A DNA stretch of 64,000 nucleotides from an uncultured Chroococcidiopsis sp. (GCA_964248365.1 CAXTYC010000001.1:128001-192000), one strand, 5' to 3'; counted from the stretch's first letter, positions 10,228 through 21,898 are shown. Notes: generated from the letters alone by a model not told the origin. Numbers and translations: made by a program.

Positions 10228-10944
10228 TTAACCGTTCGATCCTTCAAACAGCAAGGTTGTTACTTGCTCTAGTACTTTTAGTCCCCGTAACGCACCTCTA
10301 ATCAACCGCATAGCACCAATCGGTTGTCGGATCATCCCCAGTGCTAATGGCAAAGGCTGCATCAAACCCTCTGGACTTAGTGCCGCCGTCAAATCCGGTA
10401 TGTCACGATCGCAATCGTCACTCACAACCCGCAGCATAGCGACTGCAACTCCAGCCCGACTCAGCACCTCTAGAACAGCAAAGCCTTCCATATCAACCAC
10501 ATCAGCGCCCAACGTCTGAGCTAGATGGCGCTTTTGGGTTGCAGTATGAATCAGGCGATCGCTCGTCAATCCCTTGACTAAATCAACATTTTGTTGTATT
10601 AACGAGTAAAGCAGATCGGTAAGGGGGCGATCGCATGATTGGCTCTTTGGTTCAGATCCCTCTAATGGATAAACACAATCCTGGTAGAGAACTGTTGCAC
10701 CAATTCGATAATGGGGATTCATACTGCCACACAGCCCCATCACTAACACACGCGGCGGCAAATGACTCAGAAGGTAATTGCTTTGCTGCTTTGATTGCAA
10801 ATACCCAATTACTGATTTTGTGCCAACAGGAATTGGCACAACTGCTGGCTTAGAACCAGCAGTGCGGCTTAAACCTCTGCAAACAGCCTTATACTCTGCT
10901 CCTTGAGGAACCAAAATTGCTTGGATAAAGGGGAAATTAGACAC
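10228..10944 (-). CDS. Nucleoside phosphorylase-like protein (hopanoid-associated, HpnG-like)
   Basis: VMGLCGS, ADVVDMEG, LRVVSDD PNP_UDP motifs; adjacent to shc/hpnB; start uncertain (GTG 10944). Confidence 0.8.
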   Translation of the reverse strand: MSNFPFIQAILVPQGAEYKAVCRGLSRTAGSKPAVVPIPVGTKSVIGYLQSKQQSNYLLSHLPPRVLVMGLCGSMNPHYRIGATVLYQDCVYPLEGSEPKSQSCDRPLTDLLYSLIQQNVDLVKGLTSDRLIHTATQKRHLAQTLGADVVDMEGFAVLEVLSRAGVAVAMLRVVSDDCDRDIPDLTAALSPEGLMQPLPLALGMIRQPIGAMRLIRGALRGLKVLEQVTTLLFEGSNG

Positions 10945-11177
10945 TCGATTCTCAATTATGAACAAGCACAATTGCTTAAGATTTTCACTAAAGCAGGCTG
11001 TGATGAAATTTTAATCAGTTCAAATACTCACAGCCAATATTAAATAGAAAAATTAGACAACTTGAAAATAATACATATTCAAGGATTCAGGGTTCAACAG
11101 TACTAAACAAAAACCATACAAAATCAAACACCGAACGGTAAACTAAGTACTTATATGCCCTGAAGAATTGAATCCCT

Positions 11178-13856
11178 ATGGTAGAGCCAACACGCAAGCC
11201 CATCCTCAGAGAGCGCTTCAACATCTCTCGGTTGGCAATAAAGTATTACTGGCTCACCATTAGCTTTTGGATTGCTGTCGCTGTAGCAGGAATACTGGCA
11301 TTTAGTTCCCTCAAGTATGCCTTGTTTCCTGACATTACGTTTCCCACCGTAGTAGTAAATGCCTCTGCGCCCATTAGTAAGGCACTAGATACCGAGCAAA
11401 AGCTAACTAAACCGCTCGAACAACAACTCAAAGATCTGCCTGGACTAAATGACATCAACTCCATAACCTACCCACGTCAGTCGGTAGTTAGCTTGCACTT
11501 TCAGGTAGGGACTAAATTGGAGGATTCAAGTCGAACAGTGGAAGCAGCACTTAAGAACTTGAAGTTGCCTCCTGGGGCAACCTCTAAAATTATTCCCATC
11601 AACCTGAATGAAGCAGCGGTTGTTAGCTATGCAATTGAGAGTAAATTTCAAAATCTGCAAGAATTAACCAAGACAACTAAAGACGAGGTTTTGCCCGCGA
11701 TCGCTCGTCTGCCTGGTGTACTGAAAGTCAACCTATTAGGTGAACCAGTCCTCGTTGACTTTACCAAACTCGCTACTGGGGAACAGGGACTGACTGGGGG
11801 TGCAACGATTGTACGCTTCAATGGGCGGGAGGCGTTGGCGTTTCAGGTGGTGAAGCGAGCAAATGCCAACACCTTGGAGGTGGTGCAGGAGGTAGATAAG
11901 ACAGTCAAACAGCTACAGGCGAAGCTTCCCAACGTCAAGCTCACACAGGCAGCAACCCAAGCAAACTATATCCACGCCGCTACAGGGGAAACTATCAATG
12001 CCTTGGTAGAAGCGATCGTGCTATCAATTGTAGTAATTTATCCGTTTTTGTGGAATTGGCGGGCGACAATAATTTCAGCTCTAGCAATACCTATGTCGCT
12101 GCTAGGGACATTTATCGTCATGGCGATTTACGGGTTCAACCTAGAGACGATTACACTACTAGCGCTGGCAATGGTGATTGGTAGCATTGTTGATGATGCG
12201 ATCGTAGATGTGGAAAACATTTCTCGCCACCTAGAGAATGGCGAATCTCCCCGACAAGCAGCAATTTTGGCAACCAACGAGATTGGGTTGACTGTCACCG
12301 CTGCCACGATGACTGCTGTCGCAGTATTTCTGCCAGTAGGCACGATGGGAGGGGTGGTAGGACAGTTCTTCAAGCCCTTTGGCATCACAATCTCAGCGGC
12401 AATGCTCATGTCTCTTCTGGTAGCCCGTACCCTATCGCCGTTACTGGCGGCATACTGGCTCAAACCTGCGACTGTACAGCAAGACAAAAAGCCTACCCAG
12501 TCAGGCTTGCTTGGGCACTACCGTAATTTGTTGCGTTGGTCGCTAAAGCATCGGGGCATTGTAGTATGTATCGCTATATTGAGTTTTGCGATCGGTCTAG
12601 CCCTGATCCCGCTAATTCCCAAAGGTTTTATTCCCAAGCTCGATCGCGGCGAGTTTAATATTACCTACACAGTTGCCTTGTCTGGGGAGAGGGGCAGAGG
12701 GGCAGAGGGGCAAATTCAATCCCAAATCCAAAATCTAAAATCCCAAATCGCAAATCCCTTAGAGGAGTCGCTTAAGGTTGCTCAGAAGCTGGATGAGTTT
12801 GTGCGCCAATCGTCCCAGGTAGAAACTGTATTTACGATTGTGGGATCGCGTCAAGGTGAACCGAATAAAGGCACGATTTATGTGAAGTTGGAGCGCGATC
12901 GTGTCGATACTGCTATCATGCAAGACGAGTTCCGACAGTTGTTGCCTAAAATTCCTGGTGTTACTACCAGCGTTGAAGATATCCAGTTTGTGGATACGGG
13001 AGGCGAAAAACCTGTTCAGGTTAAGATTGTAGGAGACGATCTGGTCGCTCTCAACCGTGCCGCACAGAAGATCAAAGCCAGACTGCAGAAAATACCTGGC
13101 TTTGAGGATGTTTCCGCCACAGGAGAAGACAATCGTGAAAATGACATCTTCGAGATCGAGCGCTCTAATGGTCGTCGAGTTGCTGTCATTAGTGCCAACC
13201 TGGGTCAAGGTCTTCCTCTAGGAAAGGCAACTGATCGAGCAGTAGCAGAAGCTAAAGCCGTTTTGCCTGCTAACATTTCCTTGCAATTGGATGGAGATTC
13301 TGCCCGCGTCAATGAAATTCTCAGTAGTTTTGGCATAACTCTAGGGCTATCCGTCCTATGCATTATATTGGTCTTGTTTTTGCTCTTCAAGAGTTGGACG
13401 GATACCCTAGTAATCTTCTTCTCGCTACCGCTCTCTATTGTAGGGGCAATGCTGGGGCTGCTCGTTGTCCAAAGCGACTTCGGCATGATCTCGTTGATTG
13501 GCATTATCTTTCTGCTGGGACTGACTAACAAAAATGCCATCTTGATTGTGGACTACATTAAGCAATTGCGCCGCTCAGGCATGAGCCGCAATGCAGCTAT
13601 TCTCGAAGCCGTTCCAGTACGCTTGCGACCGATATTGATGACCACTGCTGCTACCATTTTGGGGATGCTGCCCCTTGCTTTGGGATTTGGCGCGGGGGCA
13701 GAATTACGCGCTCCTATGGCAGTTGCGATTATGGGCGGTCTAGTCACTTCAACTTTGCTGAGTTTAATTGTTGTTCCAGTAATCTATGACTTGTTGGATG
13801 ATTGGCGATCTCGGTTTAACTTAAACCGAGAGAAGCCCCGCTTAGGTAAGTATTAA
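11178..13856 (+). CDS. RND efflux permease (AcrB/AcrD/AcrF family)
   Basis: GSIVDDAIVDVENI, KNAILIVD, RLRPILMTT motifs. Confidence 0.95.
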   Translation: MVEPTRKPILRERFNISRLAIKYYWLTISFWIAVAVAGILAFSSLKYALFPDITFPTVVVNASAPISKALDTEQKLTKPLEQQLKDLPGLNDINSITYPRQSVVSLHFQVGTKLEDSSRTVEAALKNLKLPPGATSKIIPINLNEAAVVSYAIESKFQNLQELTKTTKDEVLPAIARLPGVLKVNLLGEPVLVDFTKLATGEQGLTGGATIVRFNGREALAFQVVKRANANTLEVVQEVDKTVKQLQAKLPNVKLTQAATQANYIHAATGETINALVEAIVLSIVVIYPFLWNWRATIISALAIPMSLLGTFIVMAIYGFNLETITLLALAMVIGSIVDDAIVDVENISRHLENGESPRQAAILATNEIGLTVTAATMTAVAVFLPVGTMGGVVGQFFKPFGITISAAMLMSLLVARTLSPLLAAYWLKPATVQQDKKPTQSGLLGHYRNLLRWSLKHRGIVVCIAILSFAIGLALIPLIPKGFIPKLDRGEFNITYTVALSGERGRGAEGQIQSQIQNLKSQIANPLEESLKVAQKLDEFVRQSSQVETVFTIVGSRQGEPNKGTIYVKLERDRVDTAIMQDEFRQLLPKIPGVTTSVEDIQFVDTGGEKPVQVKIVGDDLVALNRAAQKIKARLQKIPGFEDVSATGEDNRENDIFEIERSNGRRVAVISANLGQGLPLGKATDRAVAEAKAVLPANISLQLDGDSARVNEILSSFGITLGLSVLCIILVLFLLFKSWTDTLVIFFSLPLSIVGAMLGLLVVQSDFGMISLIGIIFLLGLTNKNAILIVDYIKQLRRSGMSRNAAILEAVPVRLRPILMTTAATILGMLPLALGFGAGAELRAPMAVAIMGGLVTSTLLSLIVVPVIYDLLDDWRSRFNLNREKPRLGKY

Positions 13857-13943
13857 CAATTAATTTACATACCAACAAAAGCAGGTTTTGCTAAAAGTCA
13901 ATAGTTGCCAGTTCAAGTGTTATACCTGCGTAAAACCATTGGG

Positions 13944-14086
13944 TGAGTCGCTAAACTTTAAATGGCTAATCCACATTGAGCTAATCTCAATACGTCACAC
14001 TCGTTAGCTTCTTTCGTTGTGACCTCTCAACACAAAGGAACTCATTAGCGAATGGGGTGTTGAGAACTACTAGCCGTTCAAACTCA
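13944..14086 (+). ncRNA. Candidate structured RNA (four-way junction)
   Basis: Hand-folded stems 13961-68/14071-78, 13975-80/13986-91, 13994-99/14018-23, 14025-33/14057-65 and 14041-46/14051-56. Confidence 0.35.
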
Positions 14087-14299
14087 AGTACTTTACAGTT
14101 ATTTGGTCGATAAAATGGAAGTTTAAGAGTAAGCGCTAATTCTGTAATATCAAGACCGATCTTTTCTTGATGCTAATATTATATCCTACAGTCATTGTAG
14201 GACATAGGCAAGATAAACTTGCCTGTGCGTTTCATCCTCGGCGTTTATTGCACGAGGCTACGATCGCTAAATTTCTGTAGTTTCGTGCATTGGCTAACT

Positions 14300-15739
14300 A
14301 TGCAAATATCTCCCGAAAAAGCCAGCATTGAGGGTAGAGGTAGTGACAGTGAGGGTAGAGTTTTAGGCAGGATAATTGCTACTAGTAGTGTAATATTATT
14401 TGCCTGTAGCAGTTTACGACACGCACTGTTTCAGTCAGGAGCGTTCGATTTAGGAATTTTCGATCAAGCTGTCTACTTGATCGCTCAAGGCGAAGTGCCT
14501 ATCTCTTCTTTCCTTGGGTTTCACATTCTGGGCGATCACGCAGCTTTGGTTTTTTATCCCCTGGCGTTACTCTACAAAATCTATCCAGATGTACACTGGT
14601 TGTTAGGCGTGCAAGCGATCGCCCTCTCAATTGGTGCAATGCCAACTATGATGCTTGCGCGTCAGGCGGGGTTGAAGATGCAGCAAGCACTAGCAATCGC
14701 CTGGGCGTACTTGCTGTATCCATTGGTATTTAATCTCAATCTGTTCGATTTTCATCCTGAAGTCATTGCCCTACCAGCACTACTATGGGCAATATTGGCA
14801 GCGCGAGAGAATAAAATTATCTGGTTCTGTGTCGCCATCGTTACTGTTTTAGCTTGTAAAGCAGTACTAGCCCTAACTGTGGTAGCGATGGGGTTTTGGT
14901 TACTGATTTGGGACAAACGCCGTTTGTGCGGTACGATCGCCATCTGCGCTGGTATTGCTTGGTTTCTCATTGCTACCCAAGTAATTATCCCCGAATTTGG
15001 TAGTGCCGCTGATATAGAACGTCATTTACCGCGATATGGCTACCTAGGAAACTCCTTCGGGGAAATTATTAAAAATCTCTTCTTGCAGCCAAAACTAGTA
15101 ATAGGCAAGATTTTCTCATCAGCTACTCTGGAATACCTCAGCCTTTTGTTTTTACCAGTAATTTGTTTGCTCTCACCTAAGCACTTGACTCCAATGGTTG
15201 GTGCTATTCCTACTTTAGTGATGAATATTCTCTCTGAAGCTCCTGCCCAAAGGAACTTAGTACATCATTATTCTGCCCCTATACTGCCTTTCTTGTTAGT
15301 AGCAGCAATTTCCAGCCTTGCAAATGGTAGCAGGTGGTTGCAAAGTGGACGGGCGATCGCCTTATACTCTTTAGTGGCATTCCTGGCTTTAGCTAAATTT
15401 GGATATTTTGGCTCAAAATATCTCGAATCTATTGATACTTGGCAAGCCACAAGATGCGCGATCGCACAAGTACAAACGGATGGAGGAGTACTTACCACTC
15501 ATGAAATTGCCCCACACTTAACTCATAGAAAAAAAATTAAATTTACAGATGCCAATTCCCCACCAGCTAATTTGGCTGATTTTGATTATATATTGCTCAA
15601 TTTGCGCCATTGGGGCTGGAAGAGTAACCCTGAGTTTGCTGCTAGCTTGGTAAATCAAATCAAAAACGAGCATCAATTTACTCTCGGCTATCAGCGCGAC
15701 GATGTTTATTTGTTTAAAAACTTAACAAATAATTCGTAA
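14300..15739 (+). CDS. DUF2079-family membrane protein (GT-C-like glycosyltransferase)
   Basis: FDLGIFDQ, LGDH, FDFHPE motifs, multiple TM segments; start placed at ATG 14300. Confidence 0.85.
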   Translation: MQISPEKASIEGRGSDSEGRVLGRIIATSSVILFACSSLRHALFQSGAFDLGIFDQAVYLIAQGEVPISSFLGFHILGDHAALVFYPLALLYKIYPDVHWLLGVQAIALSIGAMPTMMLARQAGLKMQQALAIAWAYLLYPLVFNLNLFDFHPEVIALPALLWAILAARENKIIWFCVAIVTVLACKAVLALTVVAMGFWLLIWDKRRLCGTIAICAGIAWFLIATQVIIPEFGSAADIERHLPRYGYLGNSFGEIIKNLFLQPKLVIGKIFSSATLEYLSLLFLPVICLLSPKHLTPMVGAIPTLVMNILSEAPAQRNLVHHYSAPILPFLLVAAISSLANGSRWLQSGRAIALYSLVAFLALAKFGYFGSKYLESIDTWQATRCAIAQVQTDGGVLTTHEIAPHLTHRKKIKFTDANSPPANLADFDYILLNLRHWGWKSNPEFAASLVNQIKNEHQFTLGYQRDDVYLFKNLTNNS

Positions 15740-15900
15740 TTCGTAATTAAACAACCACCAACTACCCTACAGGCGCACACAATTAGATCCGCTAAAAAGG
15801 GTTAGCTTTAATTTTTGGATAATTTTATCGTCCTAAAGTTAGATGTACTTCATGGCAGTTGGAGTAAATTAGGCGATAAGTGAAGATAAGCATAACTGCT

Positions 15901-16089
15901 ATGAAAAGTAAACAACCAGCAAACTCCTCACACAAATCTAACGACCTTTCCACCGTTCAAGATCAAGGTGATCAATTTGGGCTAAATCCTAAAACAAGCT
16001 TTCCTTACAAATTTACAGTAGGTATTTCACTGGCAATTTTTGCAATTCTCCTTGCTTATACAGCCTATTATTACGGGTTTTTCCGATGA
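15901..16089 (+). CDS. Small membrane protein, hypothetical
   Basis: 62-aa ORF with one C-terminal TM helix. Confidence 0.55.
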   Translation: MKSKQPANSSHKSNDLSTVQDQGDQFGLNPKTSFPYKFTVGISLAIFAILLAYTAYYYGFFR

Positions 16090-16657
16090 CGCTACTTTTT
16101 CAATAAGGTCATTAGAAGACAGGAGACAGAAGAGAGAAGACAGAAGAAAGTAGGGGAGGCTATCTAGGGCTATCTTTCATGAGTAATTAACTATTGTGTC
16201 TGTTTGAACTCCACAACTCCAGAACTCCTAAAGAAAAAGAGGAAGCCGCATTTAGGGGAGGAGTTGGATTAAATGAGTTGTTTGTGTTGTTTGAAGTTGG
16301 ACTCGTTTTCAGATTCTTAGCTCGTGATGAGCCTTATTTTCGGATACGTCTACTCTCCCCGCCGATCATTTACAAGTCAATTTTTCTTGGAACGTTCGAC
16401 AAACGATTTGCTACTCAAAATCTTTATCAACATTCAAAGGATGCACTTGCAGGGGTACGTCGGTTTCTCTGGGCTAACACTTTTTCAATGTTACCCTCAC
16501 CGACATCAAATGATAAAAGTAAGAACTCGCTTTGTTTGAGCGCTTGAGAGAGATTGCACTTTACCCACCTGGCATTGGATAAAGTCGAGCTAAGCACATG
16601 ACGCAGAGCATGAAGGAAACTGCGGTTTCTTCTATGATTCTCTGCGTCTAATAAACC

Positions 16658-19246
16658 TCACCCAACTACAAAATTCACTAACTTTCCTGGTACAACAATC
16701 ACCTTTTTAATCTCCTTACCCTCGATGTAACGCTGGGCGATATCTGATTCACGGGCGTACTGTTCCTGTGCTTGCTTATCTGCCCCAGCTGGAACTTGAA
16801 TCGCGCCCCTCGTTTTACCCATAATCTGAATTACCAGCGTCATTTCATCAGCCACTAATGCAGCTGGATCAAACTTGCACCAAGCTTGCGTGTGGACAGA
16901 ATCAGTGTTACCCAGCAAATGCCACAATTCATCTGCAATATGGGGCGCAAACGGAGCCATGAGCAGAATTAATGTTGAAATTCCTTCTGCATAAACAGGC
17001 GAGTCTTTACAGGTAGCTTCAGCCAAGGCATTGCTCAGCTTCATCAATTCTGAAACGCCCGTATTGAATTGATATTCGCCTTCCAAGTCTTCCGTAACTT
17101 CTTTAATAGCAGTATGAATCGCTCGGCGTAAATCCTTTTCGATTTTGGATTTTGGATTTTGGATTTTGGATTGTTCTATCGCTTTGGTAGAATGTCGAGA
17201 GGCAAACTCTGTAACTAAGCGCCAAACTCGATTCAAGAAACGGAATTGCCCCTCCACATCGGCTTCATCCCACTCTAGATCTTTTTCTGGCGGTGCTTTA
17301 AACAAGATGAACATCCGAGCTGTATCTACACCGTATTTGGCAATTACATCTTCAGGGGCTACGCCATTACCCTTTGATTTTGACATGGTGGCGTAAACCA
17401 GTTGTAAAGCTTCGCCTGTCTGCGGGTCGCGTGGGTCATCTGGATTGACAAGATGGTAGGGAACCCATTTATCTTTATCAGATTTGTTGGGATTAATGTA
17501 AGTTAAACCTTGCACCATGCCTTGAGTCAAGAGGCGAGAGAAGGGTTCGTCAAAGTTCAACAAGCCGCGATCGCGTAATACTTTAGTAAAGAACCGCGAG
17601 TACAATAAGTGCAAAATCGCGTGTTCAATTCCTCCCACATACTGATCCACAGGCATCCAGTCATTCGTTTTGGCTGGATCAAACACTTGCAGCGAGTTTC
17701 TGGCATCGGGATAGCGCAAGAAATACCACGATGAATCTATAAACGTGTCCATCGTGTCTGTCTCTCTTTTAGCCAATGTGCCACAAGTCGGACAAGGCAC
17801 ATTTACCCAGCTTGACAATTGAGCCAAGGGTGAACCGCCACGCCCTGTAAATTGTATATCTTCAGGCAACTGCACGGGCAAATCTGCATCCGGTACTGGT
17901 ACTATGCCACAGCTAGGACAGTGAATCACTGGTATTGGTGCGCCCCAATATCTTTGCCGCGAAATTAACCAATCCCGCAAGCGATATTGTACTCTTGCTT
18001 TACCCCAGCCTTGTTCTTCTGCATATTTGGTGATTGCTTCCTTAGCCTCTCCTGAAGCCATGCCATTAAAAGAACCAGAATTAATCATAATTCCTGGCTC
18101 TGTATATGCCGCTTGTAGCACAGGTGTCTCACCCCTAGTATCTTCTCCAGGCGGCACAATCACCACTTTGATGGGTAGATTCTGTTCCTTAGCAAACTTG
18201 AAATCCCGTACATCATGCGCCGGAACACCCATTACTGCCCCAGTACCATACTCATACAGCACATAGTCAGCAATCCAAATCGGAATTTCTTCACCTGTGA
18301 AGGGGTTAATCGCCTTACCTCCAGTTGGAATACCCCGCTTTGGTTTATCCTCAGCAGTACGTTCTAGCTCACTTTGATTGGAAACCTCTTGAATAAAAGC
18401 GGATACTGCTGCTTGCTGCTCTTTTGTTGTCACACGCTTTGTCAATTCATGTTCTGGCGCTAAGACAACGTAGGTAACACCGTAAACCGTATCTGGGCGG
18501 GTGGTGTAAACGCCTATTTTTTCATCTATCCCCAGAATAGGAAATTCCAAGTATGCCCCTGTTGATTTACCAATCCAGTTGGCTTGCATTAGCTTGACGC
18601 GATCGGGCCAGCCTGTCAACTTGTCGAGATCCTGAAGTAATTCTTCGGCGTAGTCGGTAATCTTCAAAAACCACTGTCGCAGTAGTTTGCGCTCAACAAT
18701 CGCCCCACTGCGCCAAGAGCGTCCTTCATTGTCAACTTGCTCGTTTGCCAGTACAGTTTGGTCTATTGGGTCCCAATTAACCGCCGCTTCTTTTTGGTAA
18801 GCCAGTCCCGCTTTCAAGAACTGCAAGAAAATCCACTGTGTCCATTTGTAATAGTCTGGTGAACAAGTGGCAACTTCACGACTCCAATCAATCGATAAAC
18901 CCAATCGCTGTAATTGCGATCGCATCTGGGCAATATTTTGATATGTCCACTTTGCTGGAGGAATACCCCGTTCAATTGCTGCGTTTTCTGCGGGTAATCC
19001 AAAAGCGTCCCAACCCATAGGATGTAGTACCCGATATCCTTGCATTCGCGCTTTGCGGGCAATTACATCTGTAATTACGTAGTTACGGACGTGACCCATA
19101 TGCAGGCTGCCCGATGGATAGGGAAACATGGATAAGGCGTAGAATTTCGGCTTATCTTTGTTTTCGTCTGTTTGTGCTAAGCCAAGTTCAGCCCAGACTT
19201 GTTGCCACTTTGACTCAATTGCTGCGGGGTTATAACGGGACTCCAC
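16658..19246 (-). CDS. leuS: Leucine--tRNA ligase
   Basis: [31 protein letters not shown]. Confidence 0.99.
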   Translation of the reverse strand: MESRYNPAAIESKWQQVWAELGLAQTDENKDKPKFYALSMFPYPSGSLHMGHVRNYVITDVIARKARMQGYRVLHPMGWDAFGLPAENAAIERGIPPAKWTYQNIAQMRSQLQRLGLSIDWSREVATCSPDYYKWTQWIFLQFLKAGLAYQKEAAVNWDPIDQTVLANEQVDNEGRSWRSGAIVERKLLRQWFLKITDYAEELLQDLDKLTGWPDRVKLMQANWIGKSTGAYLEFPILGIDEKIGVYTTRPDTVYGVTYVVLAPEHELTKRVTTKEQQAAVSAFIQEVSNQSELERTAEDKPKRGIPTGGKAINPFTGEEIPIWIADYVLYEYGTGAVMGVPAHDVRDFKFAKEQNLPIKVVIVPPGEDTRGETPVLQAAYTEPGIMINSGSFNGMASGEAKEAITKYAEEQGWGKARVQYRLRDWLISRQRYWGAPIPVIHCPSCGIVPVPDADLPVQLPEDIQFTGRGGSPLAQLSSWVNVPCPTCGTLAKRETDTMDTFIDSSWYFLRYPDARNSLQVFDPAKTNDWMPVDQYVGGIEHAILHLLYSRFFTKVLRDRGLLNFDEPFSRLLTQGMVQGLTYINPNKSDKDKWVPYHLVNPDDPRDPQTGEALQLVYATMSKSKGNGVAPEDVIAKYGVDTARMFILFKAPPEKDLEWDEADVEGQFRFLNRVWRLVTEFASRHSTKAIEQSKIQNPKSKIEKDLRRAIHTAIKEVTEDLEGEYQFNTGVSELMKLSNALAEATCKDSPVYAEGISTLILLMAPFAPHIADELWHLLGNTDSVHTQAWCKFDPAALVADEMTLVIQIMGKTRGAIQVPAGADKQAQEQYARESDIAQRYIEGKEIKKVIVVPGKLVNFVVG

Positions 19247-19372
19247 GCTTTGAGACTCCTAAGTATTGCGATCGCTTCTGTTTCGCTATTGTGGCATACT
19301 CTAGGGTTAAGAGTAGCGGCTTAATTCCTTCTCCAAACGCTGGTGTTTTCATATTTCTGTTTCTAATCACCT

Positions 19373-20505
19373 ATGGATATACTTAATTTCACTGGTTTTA
19401 TCAGAGATATTGTTTACACACCAGTTCTCATCCCTAAGATTTTTACTTATGACATCAATAATTTTGACATTAATCAAACCAAACCATTTGGAATCATAAC
19501 TTTAAATTCTTTGCAAAATAATATTGCCTTTTCCAAGTGGAAATCTCCTAAACGAACTAGAACCTATCCATTTGCTATAATTTACAACACTTACCACCTA
19601 AATTCTAAGAAAGTAACAGTAATTCCTGTAATTAAAGATGAGGGTGCTGGCTCAGGTAATAATGATAGAATAAATTTATTACAGCATCTTGGATGAATTT
19701 GTTAAATGTGTATATTGTCCTCGCTTGGTATGAACAAGCGGATGTAGTAGTCAATAGCACAGATAAAATTACAAATCAAAAATTGACTACTAATTATGTT
19801 AAACAGAAAATTTTAGATATTAGCCATTACCAGTTAACAGCTTTGCACTGGAATACTACCCATTTTGAAAAAGACTTTGAAAGTATATATTTAAATGCTG
19901 TCGATAACTATGAAAGAATAGCAACCACAAAAAATGTAAAGCTGCATTCTAAATTAAAACATCTTGAAGTACTTGATAACTTTAAACAAGATGGAAAATT
20001 TGCTCTGCAAAAATTTAAGGATTATACCTTGAATAGATCTTTAGCTGCTGCTCGTAGAGAATCAATGACTAGCCATAAACTAGAATACTTAGCTGATGGT
20101 TATAAGGGAATATTTTTTATATCGAATTATTTAGGAGGAGTTTATCATTTAACCGCTGATGAAGTTCATCAGCAAGATGATATATTTACTATACAAGAAT
20201 CAAAAAATGCTAGTCAGGGGCAAATGCCATCTGAAGAGGATATTAAAGATGGTTTATTCAAGCTGATACTTTTCAGTAATTTAGAATCTCTGTTTTTAGG
20301 TGATAAAAGAGTAGAGTTTAGTACTCGGTTAAAAATTACAGGAAGTCTTAAAGGATATTTATATTTACCAAATGACATTGCTACAGTAAAAGTATTTTGT
20401 CAAAATAATAACTTTAATATAAAGCGAACTCGACTAGTTGAGTCACTAAACCTGGAAACAATACAAAACCCTAAATTAACTATCATAATTACTCCTAATG
20501 TCTAA
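19373..20505 (+). pseudogene. Putative type II restriction endonuclease, split by a frameshift near 19676
   Basis: Two overlapping ORFs join as NDRINFITASWMNLL if one base is added; ADE...IQESK nuclease motif; overlaps the methyltransferase start. Confidence 0.7.
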
Positions 20506-21271
20506 ATTAATCAAGAGTCCACTGAGATACCCTGGAGGCAAATCAAAAGTCATTAATTGTATATTGCCTTATCTTCCTTTAGACATATTTGAATTTAGAG
20601 AACCTTTTGTAGGCGGTGGCTCGGTTTTTCTCGCCGTGAAAAGTGTTTTTCATAGATTAATAAACAAATATTGGATTAACGATATTAACTTTGATTTGTA
20701 TTTGTTTTGGAAATATGCAAGAGACGATATCAATGATTTAGTAGATTCAGTAACTAAATTTAAAGAACATTATAAAGATGGTAGAGACTTATATAAATAC
20801 TTAAAAAATCAAGATAATATATATTCTGAATTTGACAATGCTGTCCGGTTTTTTATTATGAATCGGATCACTTTTTCGGGAATAATGGATTCAGGCGGTT
20901 ATTCTCAGCAGTCGTTTGAGAAAAGATTTACTCAATCATCTATTGAAAGATTAAAAAACATATCTATTTATTTGTCAAACGTTGATATTACTTGTGAAGA
21001 TTACGAAAAAGTCTTGTTACAAAATGGGGAAAAGGTATTTTTATTTCTCGATCCGCCCTATTATCAAGCTGCAAAATCAAAACTTTATGGCGTTAAAGGT
21101 GACTTACATACAAACTTCGAGCATGAAAGATTCGCTCATACTCTAAAAAAATGTGAACACAAATGGTTGCTTACTTACGATGATTGTCCAGAAATTAGAA
21201 AGCTGTTCAGTTTTGCTGACATAACCGAATTACAGGTTCAGTATGGCATGAATAACTACAAACAAAAATAA
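20498..21271 (+). CDS. DNA adenine methyltransferase (Dam/D12 class), C-terminus apparently frameshifted
   Basis: SPLRYPGGKS, EPFVGGGSV, FLDPPY. The conserved KGKELLIKNY lies in another frame after an A-run at ~21264-21268. Confidence 0.88.
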   Translation: MSKLIKSPLRYPGGKSKVINCILPYLPLDIFEFREPFVGGGSVFLAVKSVFHRLINKYWINDINFDLYLFWKYARDDINDLVDSVTKFKEHYKDGRDLYKYLKNQDNIYSEFDNAVRFFIMNRITFSGIMDSGGYSQQSFEKRFTQSSIERLKNISIYLSNVDITCEDYEKVLLQNGEKVFLFLDPPYYQAAKSKLYGVKGDLHTNFEHERFAHTLKKCEHKWLLTYDDCPEIRKLFSFADITELQVQYGMNNYKQK

Positions 21272-21317
21272 TGCCGCAAAGGGCAAAGAATTATTAATTA
21301 AAAACTACTCTTGTCTT

Positions 21318-21373
21318 GGAAAGTTGGGCGAGAGTCGGGGGAACCCCGACTCTATTAATACGCCCACTTTCCG
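21318..21373. repeat. Nested palindromic dispersed repeat
   Basis: GGAAAGTTGGGCG..AGAGTCGGGG/CCCCGACTCT..CGCCCACTTTCC. Confidence 0.7.
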
Positions 21374-21502
21374 CTGCCCTTCACTAGACTTTAAACACAA
21401 AAAAACAGAGGAATTGAAATTAGAACATATGCAAAAGACGCATCAAATATCTAATGACTTATTTTCTACAATAAAAGAGCAGATAACTATTAAAGATTCT
21501 TA

Positions 21503-21898
21503 GTGGTAAAGGTCTTTGTCTACGGAACTCTCAAACCTGGGGAGTGCAATTATCAACTCTACTGTACTGGAAAAGTAGTGGAAACCAAAAGCGCGATCGC
21601 CAGGGGTCAACTTTTTTCGCTTCCGTTTGGCTATCCAGCCATGACACCAGGAAACTCGCCAATCCTGGGTTTTGTGCTTTCTTTTTCGACTTCTGAGATT
21701 TTACATCAGCTCGATTGGTTAGAAGATTATGACCCGCAAAGACCTGCTGACCAAAACGAATATTACCGACAACTAATCGAGATTTATGACACAGCCAGAG
21801 AGCCACTAGGAACAGCTTGGGCGTACTTAATGACCGTTGAACAAGTTGAAGCCAATGGTGGGGTTCTGCTTCCCAATGGCTTTTGGAGGGGCGTTTAA
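21503..21898 (+). CDS. Gamma-glutamylcyclotransferase (AIG2-like)
   Basis: VFVYGTLKPG, GYPA, LDWLE, AWAY. Confidence 0.9.
   Translation: MVKVFVYGTLKPGECNYQLYCTGKVVETKSAIARGQLFSLPFGYPAMTPGNSPILGFVLSFSTSEILHQLDWLEDYDPQRPADQNEYYRQLIEIYDTAREPLGTAWAYLMTVEQVEANGGVLLPNGFWRGV

Noticed and set aside
13944..14086. Known riboswitch, tRNA or 5S rRNA
   Set aside because: No consensus I recognise (cobalamin, TPP, Moco, fluoride, tRNA T-loop); kept only as an unclassified candidate
16194..16547. 117-aa and 71-aa ORFs
   Set aside because: Weak starts, no motifs, atypical composition
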